DNA of 64,000 nucleotides from Oopsacas minuta (taxonomy: Eukaryota; Animalia; Porifera): the NCBI GenBank assembly GCA_024704765.1, contig JAKMXF010000332.1:8259-72258 (forward strand), written 5' to 3'. The translations under genes were made by a program, and so were the position numbers. Positions within the stretch are counted from its first letter, which is position 1. The number at the start of each line of letters is the position of its first letter. The notes below the pieces were generated by a model. That model saw nothing but the letters and a program-made list of their open reading frames with translations. It was not told the origin of the DNA and did not search any database. Below are positions 11,312-23,428 of this stretch, one piece after another.

Positions 11312-12945
11312 TACCTCAAATTATTATATAGTGGTGGGATGATTTATATTCATAAATTAACACCTGTAATTATCTATTTTATGCTAATATTCTTAATGAA
11401 TTGTACTATATACCCATTTTTATTGTTTTGTAAAGTTGTACATAAGTAGATATATACATATATATTACTTGTGTGAATTAGACATCTTAATTATATCTGA
11501 CCCACAGTAAAATCTTAAATGAAATAGGAATTGATAGTGCATCTCATATCGGGAGATGTCCTACTGTCGTATAGGGATTCAATGGAATTCAAGCTTCAAA
11601 AACAAAGTATCCATTGTATGAAGCATCAAGATAAATCGATGAGTCCGGTAAACACGGGTAGGCCTCTGGGCCGCCCAGGACATATCCGGGCTTCTGGTGG
11701 TTTACGAATTATAACGTCTATGCTATGGTTAATACGTACGTACGTACTTTGATTAAACAAAGTATCATTGGATTACATTCACAATCTAGTATAGGATATA
11801 AATTGTATAATCATACGCTGTATATTATTCATAATTCTGAGAGAGGTATGATAAATTCTACAAAGAACTAATATGTACTGTGAAAAGTTTCTGAAATTAC
11901 AATTAAGTGACACACGTCTAGGTCTAGTGGATACTACCACTACATAGGTACTTGTTATAATGTGATAATTATTCAGTAGGAATGATTTGTTTGCAGGATA
12001 TGATACCATGATTTGTATGCAGGATATGCTACCATGATTCCAATAGTAAAGAAGAGTACTTACTAGACTTTATTGCACAATGCAATAATGACTCTGAATG
12101 AATTGGGATAATCATGTTATTTGGCTTATCAGGACGTTCACTAATTAAATATTATAGACGTCACACAATTCTTTAACTGTTTATTTCAGCCGCCATTTAC
12201 AATTGATAGTTTCACTTACTTATATACAAAACTATTTTTAATAAGTATATCTGCTGTGTTGATCTGCTGATGGGCAGGTGCGGATTACGAGGGTCAGAGT
12301 AAGAAAAGCAGTTGGGCGTAACTAGTAGATTATTTTAGTGGTCACTTACTGATGGAATTTGAAGGCACCCAGATTATGATAAACTTCATGATAATAGAAA
12401 AAGTATAGAGTAGCATGGCATCAACTGTGTCTATGGAGATAATCACCATGCATCTCAGAAAAGGGGAATCCGTGACGACATATAATATATTCTACCTGGG
12501 GCCGAGCAGCGACCGGTTAAGTGTAATGCGGCCGCATCTTACAATAATATTGAGGCTTACACGTGGATTAACAAAACTAGAGGTTACTAGTGTCACTTAA
12601 GTTTAGAAATCAATCTCATCTCAGCTACATTAATCGCTTTGGAATTCAAAATACATTGGACATGGCAGTGGCTGGCAGCATGCTTATATATCTGCAACGA
12701 GGGTTTTCCATTTGTGTTCTGTACATGACAGGGACTTAGTAGATTTGTACTTGGATTTTAGTTGAGATAAATGACACAAATAGGTTTGCACTTGGCAAGT
12801 ATGCAAATAACTAAAAATATTAAATATTATTATAATTATAGAAACCCTTCTGAAAAATATTCAAAATATCTTACAATTATCTGATAAAAAGAGAGTCATA
12901 ATTTAGTGAGCACAGCCCCGAAGATTTTAAATAAGCAACCTCTTA

Positions 12946-13008
12946 GATGCTACATGAATTGCTTCTCCCAATGATGCTACATGAATTGCTTCTCCCAATG
13001 ATGCTACA
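12946..13008. repeat. 27-bp tandem duplication, about 2.3 copies
   Basis: GATGCTACATGAATTGCTTCTCCCAAT repeated. Confidence 0.85.
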
Positions 13009-13542
13009 ACATAAAAGTGTTTACTTGTCGTAATTTAAGAATACTTTTAACTTATAAATGAATCTAAGATTGGCTTTTTATGAATCTTGAATACAATAAT
13101 AGTCATGGTAATTGATGCATATTACAAAATCTACAGAAGCCTTACTTACGTATATCAAACAATAGTACAGAATAAACTCTTTTTACCGGTCTTCACCACG
13201 TTTTACGCAGTTTTATCTTTAATTTTATACAATTTTGTGCTACATGGAGTTCAGAAGGAAAAACAAAAGAAACAGGGATAACCTACTTTATATAATTCTG
13301 TAAAAATCTCTGAGAAGATATAGTTCAAACACCACTAAGAATTTTCTTACACAGAAGAGAACGAATTCGAACTATTAAGATATTAGATATACCGGGTGGC
13401 CCAAAAAAAACAGGCCCCATGACATTTTTACCGCAATTGTACATAATATTTATTTATAGACTAATGATAGTTCACTGTTAATAATCTTAGTAGGTATATA
13501 AGTGATGTGCAAAATAATTGCATTCAAGCTTAAATATATTCG

Positions 13543-16500
13543 CACAGTGGTTTAAAATGGGAGTTAGTAAAGAATAGGTATTCTAGTACCAGATAGCCAT
13601 ATGCAATGTATTATTTGCGAATAGGTTATCGTATCCGAGGAATCGAATGGAGTAATCAAATTTCTTCTAGATTTCTGGATATGACGTCATCACATATTAT
13701 GATGACGTCACATTTTAAAAATTATTTAATAAAACTCATAGAAATTTCCACTTCATAAGAAAAATCTCCTACTCTGTATATATACTATTACCCTGTATAG
13801 TATTTGGATAAGAATGTATAGATTTAAAATTTTAATGAATCTATGAATTAATTATAAGTGAATCAACAATTTCGTCTATGGAAGAATCTAGTAATCTATT
13901 TTCGGTATTATCCCTACAACACTTTGCTCTTTTTGTGTGGCCGTGTTCCCCACACCTTTCACAAACTAAACTTGAACGAAATTGATTCAATACAGGGTAA
14001 CTTTCAGAGGCCAGTCTCACGAAAATGTCCATTGCATTATCTTCAAATGAAGACTTCCTCGCAAGATTCTCCCTATACTTTCTTAGTAACTTGTTGCATG
14101 CCTCGGATCCCTCTTCAGAGAAACTTTTCAGACCTCGCCCAAGGTTGAACTCTTTCAAAATTTCTTCTGAATGAGCTAATACCCTGTGTAATGTTGGGGT
14201 AATGCTCACCCAAGGTAATGAATCAACGATCAAGAGATATGTATCGGTGCATAGATCACCAAAGACCTCGGTGTTAATGATCCTGTCTGAATTGATTATT
14301 CGAAGAATAGCTGACAAGTGTGTATGTAGTTTTGAAAGTGTTTCTTTGTGTTCTGATTCAACAACTGATAATACACACTCAATGTATTTCGAATCACATG
14401 AAAATGCTCGACGAGCTACACTACCAGTAGAGCTAGTACCTCCACTTGCATTCGGCTGATCTATCCTCATTCCTGTCTTCCCTTCAATCAGATTTCTGAC
14501 AAATATCATCGAATTTTTTATCGCCAAAGATGTCGGTGACCATGTACGTTTTCCACAATTCAAATGATAAATTAGTAGATTGAACCACCTGAAAATGCCA
14601 GTGTACGAGTGTAATGGAGATGCTGGAAGGAGGTTTATTGTTGAGGTTGGTTCGTGCGTTATGTTACAACGTTGGTTTGAAGGAAGTGAGAAGAACGAAT
14701 GGCTGTCTTCTATTTCACCGAAAAGTTGAATTGCATCAGTAATGTGCCTGTTGATAGGAAATCCCTGTATTATCAACTCACGATCACTGAGTTCCTTATG
14801 TGTTGCTGTGCATAATTGACAACTTGCCCCACCTGCCCCAGATAGAATTCCTGCCATTTTCCCATCAAGCATTGATCGAACAATGTCGACTCGTACTTGC
14901 TGATCAGGGCCAAGAGTAAATCCTTCACTTCTCATAAGATCAGTATCAGTATTGATTAGATCGTCGATAAATCGCTTGATATTAGCTTCGTTTTCTTTCG
15001 CAGCGAGGAGGAAAATCGGACGTTGAGCAAAAGGAGAATTGGGAGTGTTATTTTTCCAGAGTTCGCGACCGCTATTGCTTATTATCTTTACAGCTCTGAA
15101 ACAGAATAAGATAAACGACTTAGTATCTGTATTCGTGTTTGATTGATTATATACAGTGTGACTTCCAGAGCCATCTAATCCGTCTGCTATCTGGAATTGC
15201 AGGGGAAAATCTTGAGCTGGAGGTGGCGGTAGCGTAGACATAAGCCTGCAAAAAGTATGGCGGACGTGATGGGCATATGGCATATATACACCAAGTGGAG
15301 TTTCAGGATTGGGGTACATCTGAATATCCGAACGTAAAATTATGCTGTTTCTTTCTTCTACTACCCTATAGTATGCCGGGAAACGAATATCGCTAGATAG
15401 CAAGTGATGTCGGAGTTGTGTGTACTTCCTCCTGCCAATTTCTAGGAGATCTACAAGGAACACTGTCTTGGTAACATCGAGCTCTTTCTTCAACATTTTA
15501 CCGAATTGACCAGAAAACTTGTCATAGACTACAGATTTTGAAACTTTAGCTATTTCTCGCTGTTTTGTTTGGTTCGATAGTAGTTGCAAGGCAAGTGCAG
15601 CTATCTTGATTTCTGAAGTATTCTCAACGATTGAGAGTGCTTTGATAGATTCCAAGACATTTGAGAGTCGTGAGCGTTGTTGTTGCATCGTGAGATTGTC
15701 AATACTCTTCCTATGGTTTGCAGAGAGTGTGGATATGACTTCTTCATCATCTGAAGACAGCTCAACGGTATCATAAAAACGGTTCCTCTTCAACTCTGGT
15801 TCCATGGATATACCACAATGCCACCAGTCTCCCTCTAAGCAATCTAGCGATTTCTTTGCCTTCCTAATCCTGATTCTTACTCGGAGGAGCGTTGCTTCCA
15901 ATTGTTTCCTTTCTTCGAAGTCCATTTGAAAGTTCTGCTCAAATAAACTGAGTGTCGTCGAGATACAATTGTTGTTGTCTTTCAATATCTTCGCAAATTC
16001 AAGATGAGAGTTAGGGAAAGTTAGTTCTTGAGTCATTGAAAACGTAGTAAACGGTTGATTATCAGCAAATTCAATTTGTTAATGTCATATTAATCATGTA
16101 TTTATATATTATATTTATTGGTAATTGGAATGCTGCAATCGAGTAGATAAATTTAGCATATAACTTGCATAGCAACAAAAAGGTGACAATGGAATTCGCT
16201 GAAATTTTTCATGTTGCGTACTGTTTCGGGGCGTATCATTTTAATATGTCTTTCTAGATATTATAATGCCATTTTGGTATTAATTTCTAAGTGGTGTTTT
16301 GTGGTGTTTTTTTTTTTGCGGTCATTTGGAAGTTCTTTTTTAAAAAATATTGTACCTCTAAAGTACCATTAATCAAATCAACTTTGAGTCCAAATTAGTA
16401 AAGATACACTGACGAAAATGGGAAATCAGATTTAGCATAACTGAATTGTGTTGAGGAAATAAAATAAATTAAATTCGGAGAATTCTGTGACGCTCTCAAG

Positions 16501-16707
16501 TAAACTTAAATTGGTGCTAATATTAGCATCACTGAAACCGCAAATAGAACTATTTTTGATTGATTCTTTAAATTCATATTGTGAGAGCTATATGTATTCG
16601 ATCGAATTGAAATTTGAAATTAACATTATTCAAACAAACAAGAACGAGTTTAAACCATTAAAAATGAAATCTATTTTTTGTCTATTCTTTGCGTTCAAAC
16701 CACTGTG
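13543..16707 (-). mobile_element. Transib / RAG1-like transposon, apparently full length
   Basis: Both termini begin CACAGTGGTTT(A/G)AA. Candidate 5-bp TSD TATTC at 13537-13541 (plus one extra G) and 16708-16712. One long internal ORF. Confidence 0.92.
13841..16036 (-). CDS. RAG1-like (Transib) transposase, 731 aa, intact
   Basis: Catalytic triad regions ADGLDGSGSH, RSMLDGK and FSEEGSEACNK; Zn ligands SCQLC and LHRVLAH; SPLH; RKYRENLARK; an NBD-like segment RKSIDNLTMQQQRSRL; C-terminal CERCGEHGHTKRAKC. Confidence 0.93.
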   Translation of the reverse strand: MTQELTFPNSHLEFAKILKDNNNCISTTLSLFEQNFQMDFEERKQLEATLLRVRIRIRKAKKSLDCLEGDWWHCGISMEPELKRNRFYDTVELSSDDEEVISTLSANHRKSIDNLTMQQQRSRLSNVLESIKALSIVENTSEIKIAALALQLLSNQTKQREIAKVSKSVVYDKFSGQFGKMLKKELDVTKTVFLVDLLEIGRRKYTQLRHHLLSSDIRFPAYYRVVEERNSIILRSDIQMYPNPETPLGVYMPYAHHVRHTFCRLMSTLPPPPAQDFPLQFQIADGLDGSGSHTVYNQSNTNTDTKSFILFCFRAVKIISNSGRELWKNNTPNSPFAQRPIFLLAAKENEANIKRFIDDLINTDTDLMRSEGFTLGPDQQVRVDIVRSMLDGKMAGILSGAGGASCQLCTATHKELSDRELIIQGFPINRHITDAIQLFGEIEDSHSFFSLPSNQRCNITHEPTSTINLLPASPLHSYTGIFRWFNLLIYHLNCGKRTWSPTSLAIKNSMIFVRNLIEGKTGMRIDQPNASGGTSSTGSVARRAFSCDSKYIECVLSVVESEHKETLSKLHTHLSAILRIINSDRIINTEVFGDLCTDTYLLIVDSLPWVSITPTLHRVLAHSEEILKEFNLGRGLKSFSEEGSEACNKLLRKYRENLARKSSFEDNAMDIFVRLASESYPVLNQFRSSLVCERCGEHGHTKRAKCCRDNTENRLLDSSIDEIVDSLIINS

Positions 16708-16717
16708 TATTCTAAGT

Positions 16718-17814
16718 TCAGAGGAGATGTTGTAGGTGACCACCACTTTGATTTTTGCATTTTTGCATCCTCAGAGTAAAATTTTCCATCACCGACTTCA
16801 AGACTGATCGTTTGATCCCCTTTACCTCATCTTTAATCTTCTGCTTTAAATCTGTGATAGTTTTTGGTCTATCCTTGTATACCCTATCTTTTAAATAGCC
16901 CCATAGAAAAAATCTGGGGGACTAAGATCAGGGGAGTAAGGAGGCCAACCAATCTCGCAACGCTTGCTGACAACACGGTGTTTGAAGTGTTCCTTGAGCC
17001 AATTGATAGTGATATTGGCTGTATGAGGTGTAGCACCATCTTGCTGGAACCAAGATTTGGGTATATATGCGTGATACCTTGTTTCCAATTCATTCCAGAA
17101 TTTATTCAGCACATCAACATACCGTTCCTTCGTGACTGTTACTGTTTGTCCACTTTCCTCGAAAAACAGCGGTCCGATAATCCCTTTCATTGAGAGAGCA
17201 CACCACACTGTGACTTTTTGTGAGTGCAAGGGCGTTCCATTAACTTCATCAGGTCGTGAAGAGCCCCAAAAGATGTTGTTTTTGGAATTCACCTGAACAT
17301 CTAGGTGGAAATAGGCTTCGTCAGTTGTCCAGAGATGGGACAAAAAGGATTTGGTGCTCTCAATTTTCTCCATCAAAACAGTAGTCATCTCTTTTCTCCT
17401 TAATTCGCCAGCATGTTTAAGCATTTGGTGTGTCTGAATCTTGTATGGGAAAAGATAAAGATCATATTCAAGTACCCTTTGAAGGGTAGTCCTAGATAAA
17501 CCTAAACATTGAGCTCTCTTTCTCGTTGATCTTTTTGGAGATTGGGCAACAGAATCACGTACATTAGAGATAACGGTCTGATTACGTAGAGTCTTTCTTC
17601 CAGAATGACTTTCCCGAACGTCAGACTTACAATTTAGGTAATTAACAGTCCCTTCAGTCTGGAACTTTTTTACCCAATCCTGTAATCTAGATTTACAAGG
17701 TGCTTTTTGGACATCGAATCTATGCAAAAATTCTTCTCGTATCTTCTTGAAAGATCGAGTTTGGAAATAATGCTGGACACACCAAGATCTTTGAATAACA
17801 CTCCATTGTTTCAT
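16718..17814 (-). pseudogene. DD41D transposase with a single 1-nt deletion near 16910
   Basis: WTTDEAYFHL...FQQDGATPHT-(41 aa spacing)-SPDLSPPD. Restoring one T in the T-run gives FLWGYLKDRVY...GGHLQHLL*. Confidence 0.88.
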
Positions 17815-20241
17815 TTTTTGGAAAGCTAAAGTATCATAAAACAAGGGAACAAAAATATTTGGGTTAGTGTAGGATACATAATTGGTGATTCGAGTTGAAA
17901 TTTACGGGCCCGTATTTTTTGGGCCACCCCGGCAAAATAAATACCATGTAAGAACATCTAGAAACGATTATATCTGTTAGAATAATACTATTCCTATTTC
18001 CAGATTATAAAATTCAATATAATTCACACATACTAGGGCCTAACTACCATTGAGGCGCCTCCTCGCCTTTTCGGGCGTTGCCTCATCTCACTATTGTAAT
18101 CGCCGTTATATTAAAGCAAATATCCATCCTTGCCTCCTCGCTCTGGGATCTCTAGTTACTCCCCAGACACATATCAAATTTTAAGTTCAGACAACAAATG
18201 ATTTTGATATTTAGTTAGAAACGCATCTATGAGATTAATATATGTTACTATGAGAATTGTCATCTTTTTACGCGATTTCGTTTTACGCGGACTTCTCATG
18301 GAACACATTTACCGCGTAAAAAGAGCGATAAAACTATTTCAAGTAGTTGACCAATATGCATTTAATCCCATATTGTGACGGGGATAAGCCTTACGGAAGA
18401 AGGGGGGGCTTATGGTTATGGGTGCATAGATTAGTTCGAATTTACGAGTTGGAAATTTCTCAGCATTAAATTAAAGATATTCTTAAATCTTAATTATGAT
18501 GTATTATTTATTACAAATGTTGAATTTGAAAAGCTCATTTTCATATAAATATCTTGTCTTTCTAGCTCCTAGACTCCTAGGAATTGCTAATGATAGTCTC
18601 AACATTGTGTTATAAATATACTTTAGATCCACTTACCTATTATGCTAATGTATTGCAAATATTTGAATTCTTAATATGCTAATTTAAATATGTCTCTCTC
18701 CCACACTATACTCACCAGACTCTTATGCAATGATAGTAATCTTGTTCACATCTTAGTACTAGCCCTTAATGCATGTTATAATTCAGACTATTTGACTCTT
18801 GCAGATTATCCAGGTGGTTAAGACAGTCATTTCTAATTAAAGCAGGCATTCATTATTCAAATGATACGAGTTCAATCATTTAGTTACTTATTTACGAACT
18901 CAAAGTATATTGAACCAGTTTATCAATTAATACAAATAGGAAGAATAATCATGAATCAAGCAATAAAATCCAATCCTATTATACAATAATACCGAGAATA
19001 CCACATGAAGATAACATAATAAGAAAAGGTAAATCGCACTTAAGGATGATATAATCCTGGAACTATTATTGGAATAATGAATTGGTATCATTATATGTAT
19101 AAAGTATGTAATTATAATACACTAAATGCAAGGCTTACACATGTTTTTATCTTCAATACACTTACTTTTTTTGGTAATTTGGTCTTAAATATTGAAGAGA
19201 CAATGAAGTGTAGTTGTACTAGTATTTAACACTTTATCTACGTATTAGGTACGTATATATGATGTTGAGTCTGAGTGGATAGTGGAAAATTGTAAATTTT
19301 TAAATGTGCCTAATAATAGTGAATAATAGAAAATGCCTAATCACTAAATACTGATACAACATGAATTCAGTTGCGTGATAATTAATTAATAGCACTGTCT
19401 AGTATTATGTGTTCTTTTTTAGGGATAAAGTAATGTGATAAAAATTAATTATGACAGCAACATTCAGTTACTTTGGCTACTGTCATTATCCACCATTTTC
19501 TCCACATACATAGGAAACTAGCTAAACAGACGTTCTAAATTTTAATTTCAGAATAGTAAGAAGTGAGTGCCAACTACTGAATACAGCATTTAACAACTGC
19601 GGAGCGATTATTTGTCAATTCAGATTCCAAAGTGTTAACGTAACATGGATGATAATTTATTACTTTTGACTTTCATACATATCGTTAAAGATGATCAAAC
19701 AGTAGATAATTCTGTTTAAAAGTTGAATAATTATAATCAAAGGACAATTCTCAGATTTCCTTGCTATTATGGAATTGATTGTTATTTTGTAAATATTTAA
19801 TTACTTTATGAAAGTTCTGATTTATAACAGTATACGTAAAATGGATAGATTGATCATCGACAGGTAATCTTATGGTGGTAAGAGATGGAATATGATTGCA
19901 ATATTGGATTGGATTGTGTCAGCTTCCGTATATTATGATAATATAAGGAAATATTCTGACACTAACAATTCCTATTTCCTCTTTAGCAATTTATGCATGT
20001 GTAGCAGTTTAGTTTAATAAAACATAATCTGGTTAGCCATATAATATGGATTGTTTTGCATTTTATCATTTCTTGGATGTTGAATGTAGTAACCTAAATT
20101 AAGTGATGTTGAAACGCTAAGATTATATTAACTCTGCAAGCAGATAAGTATAAAAACCTTTAACCTATTCAATTACATAATTTGATACAGAAAATAGTTA
20201 TATCAATATAGTATTACACAAAACACACAATAATATTCAGA

Positions 20242-21072
20242 ATGAATCAAACTTCTTACATGAATTATCATATTAAGGATTATATGATCGTTTCGACAAT
20301 TGATTTCCAAAGAATTCAGAATCAATTATTTGAAGCAGGTCTCATTGACGAAGACGAAATTTCAAAAATTTTGAATTCAAGCAACAATCAAATTAAACAA
20401 AATATACAGTTGCTCAAAATATTATTTGAAGCAAAAAAAGATTTCACTCCTTTCATTGAAATTCTTAAAAACGACGAGAATTCACCAAAACATATGAAAC
20501 TAGCTAAACAGATCAGTGCTCCAGAAATGCTTGTTAGTGAAGAAAAGCGGCGTCTTTCTACAATTGCACAACAAAATAGCTCTAAAAGCTTATTTTCAAT
20601 GAGCAATGATGACTTCATAGCCAATTTATTCAAAGAATTGTCGTTCGTACCGAAATCCATTGAAAGTCAAGAAATCAAGGGAGAAACAGAATCTGGAATT
20701 TACAGCGAAGGAGAATTGAATCCAGAAAATGAGACAATTTTAAGTGAAGAGAACGATCTTATCCCAGAAACGGATTCTAGTGATGATAGAGAGATAGAAT
20801 ATGATGACAGCAAAATAATTCTAAGAAACAAAGGTAAATTTGATTCTCTTAATCATTTCTCAACTTCAACATTACACAAAGACGCAAAAATAGAAGTCAG
20901 TCATGATACCAACAAAATAATGGTTTCAAACAAGATGAAAAGATTCAAACTAGCTATGCTGGTATCTTCTATGGTGATTCTCGGATTGCTTACAACGCAT
21001 GTGTTTGTACAACAACCTTCATCTTGGATACGATCTCTATTTAAACTATTTATTCGGAGTAATATTTTATAA
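20242..21072 (+). CDS. Single-exon protein with an N-terminal CARD-like death-fold domain, acidic linker and C-terminal transmembrane helix
   Basis: IDFQRIQNQLFEAGLIDEDEISKI...NIQLLKILF...DFTPFIEILK...KHMKLA fits the CARD helical pattern. The hydrophobic LAMLVSSMVILGLLTTHVFV follows basic KMKRFK. Confidence 0.65.
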   Translation: MNQTSYMNYHIKDYMIVSTIDFQRIQNQLFEAGLIDEDEISKILNSSNNQIKQNIQLLKILFEAKKDFTPFIEILKNDENSPKHMKLAKQISAPEMLVSEEKRRLSTIAQQNSSKSLFSMSNDDFIANLFKELSFVPKSIESQEIKGETESGIYSEGELNPENETILSEENDLIPETDSSDDREIEYDDSKIILRNKGKFDSLNHFSTSTLHKDAKIEVSHDTNKIMVSNKMKRFKLAMLVSSMVILGLLTTHVFVQQPSSWIRSLFKLFIRSNIL

Positions 21073-22091
21073 ATAAATACATTTTCTTGTTTCGTACATT
21101 TTTTAATAAACTTGTCAGTAATAAAAGTATAAAACATGATAAATCAGTCGATTCCAGCTAATTGCGGATTTTAAAAGAAACTACTGTGCCCATAGCTAGA
21201 CAGTTAACTTGGCATCCGCAATGAAACATAGCGCCAATGTGAGTGCGTTTTGTTACCCCTACAAACCTAAGATATTGTAATTGTTGGGCATATGTTTGAT
21301 GAACTAGGGTTAATTAAAGCTGGCCCCTAACTGTTGTTCCAGCGTCTCCGAACCATGCATATTTCGTATGCCCAAGCCTCAATCGTAATAGTCATATACC
21401 AAAAGTAATCGGCTCCAACTCTGCACCTTTCCATGTTAAAAATTCAAAACGATGATGGAGATTTAATTGAGTGCGTACTGCTTAGAGTGACTAGAGTCAG
21501 ATTCTGATATTTCAGGGCATTAATTTTACTAATACACGGATTTATAATTTGATAGCATTTCAAGAAATGTGGTATGTATATTTAAAATCTTAATACTTTT
21601 TCGTTTCAACGACGCGGCTTGTCAGAGTTAAACGGGAATGGAGGATCAAATTTAATATTTCCTATTATGCATGATTTATCATAGGATAAATCATATTTTC
21701 ATACTCTAGGCCTAATTAAAACAATATTTTTCATTGAGTTCGATTTCAATTCAGGAATTATTAGGTACAAGCTCGCTTCGCTTGCTTGTGCTGTGCGGTT
21801 TGCGAACACCGTGTCCTCAAAAGACATTTGGGTGCATCTTGTATAGCAAATTAGCATTTATGACATCATTATTTAAATGATCGTAGATATATTGGTTAGA
21901 ATCGATGTAATTAATATTTCCTCTAAGACAATTCATTTACATTTTACAGACACAGCACAGATAGGCATTAAAGAATAAATATAAACCACTACATATCCGT
22001 ATATTCAAAATGCACTTACATATTATCAGTCTAATTGTATTTGGGAAACATTAAAATCTGATATGCCAAGATATCTGCAGCAAATATACTA

Positions 22092-22218
22092 CAGTGCAAC
22101 TTCTATAATCCGAACATGGTCCCAGTTCCCATTCCACTATGTATAAACGACCTCGATTATCCGAACGCTTTTGATTTTTGACCGGTCCCAACGAGTTCGG
22201 ACAATTGAGGTTGCGCTG
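22092..22218. mobile_element. Tigger/pogo-type MITE
   Basis: Imperfect TIRs CAG(T/C)GCAAC(T/C)TC..AT..TCCGAAC with TA on both flanks. Confidence 0.75.
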
Positions 22219-23428
22219 TATATCATAGCAAAATTAAATTTACCAATAATGTTATACAATTATTATGGTATGATTCATTAATAGCCAGGAAGGCTTTGAC
22301 TATTTATTAATCAATGAATGATGTTGACGAATTGCAAAACTAGAGAAGCATAGGGCTAACATACGGTATAAATATATGATGTTCCATATTTGAGAATAGT
22401 TCTTAATTATCGAATTAACCCATCAGAAAAATTACGTGTTTGCGCCTATGGACGTCCTTTCGTATACCGTTGCATACTAACTTTTGTAAAATCTATCCAT
22501 GAGATTTGTTTCAGATCAGTTGAATTTAGCTAGTTTCTTATGTATAACGGGTGGCTAATATGATCTACACAACATAATAGACGCAATAGTGTTCACTTTA
22601 GTTAGGAATCACACCGTAATAACTTCTATTCGCCCAGAAAAATTTTAAGTGCGAAGGTAAAAACGTCCAGTCGACAGACTGGAAGTGCAGCTCAAGGTTG
22701 TTTGTTTTTGTTCTTTTCAGGGGGAGGCAGCCCCCTAACCCCAATGACCCGTGTAGATATCTCACTGCATCCAACCCCGACGGATTTTGGGCTCCTGGAT
22801 CTGATAGATATTTCAGGATATTCAATATTATTATTAGTCCCCTACTGTAACTTCATATTTTATCCTCAAATCCTATGTATATTAAGATTCCGAATAATTA
22901 TCCTGCAATTACCCACCTGTCTAATTTTAGAAACGAAATCTCTAACATCATTTGGAATATTACCAAGATGTGTAAAAATATGATCAATCATATGAAAAAT
23001 CTTGTAGATTTAGATTTGAAAATGTGAAATTTGAAATCTACACACTCGATTACCACTGACTAGCAGTTAAACCAAATCTTTAGCATCAATTTGAATTATA
23101 TGCAAAAAAGGTGTGAAAATATGATTAATCACCAAAAAGGTGTGAAATACTCACTTTAGAAAAATTAATACCTGAAGAGGGTGTACCAATTTTCATGTGA
23201 ATCGGACTGGTAGATTTCGCGGACGGATGGGGACGTCACATCTCATTAGGGCATCTCCATATATGAGCACACTAAAAATGAAAGTGACATTGTGCAGATA
23301 TGTGAGCCTCATTTGGATCCGTGAGAATTGACAACTATGCCGTTGCAATACGGGACAGTTGGCAAGTATGGAGGTAAATATATTAGATAAGATATGAATG
23401 ACCAGTAGCTTCACCTCCAATCTTCGAT

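Larger units (their letters stand above)
13392..17932 (-). mobile_element. DD41D (rosa/Visitor-type) Tc1/mariner element carrying a nested Transib insertion
   Basis: TIRs CCGGG(G)TGGCCCAAAAAA..AC(A/G)GGCCC at 13392 (after TA) and 17932. Removing 13543-16707 leaves a ~1.4-kb element. Confidence 0.9.

Noticed and set aside
16037-16707. Possible RAG2-like gene inside the Transib element
   Set aside because: Only ~670 bp (5') and ~300 bp (3') of AT-rich non-coding sequence flank the ORF. There is no kelch/PHD-like ORF, and the 82-aa ORF 16487-16735 crosses the terminus.
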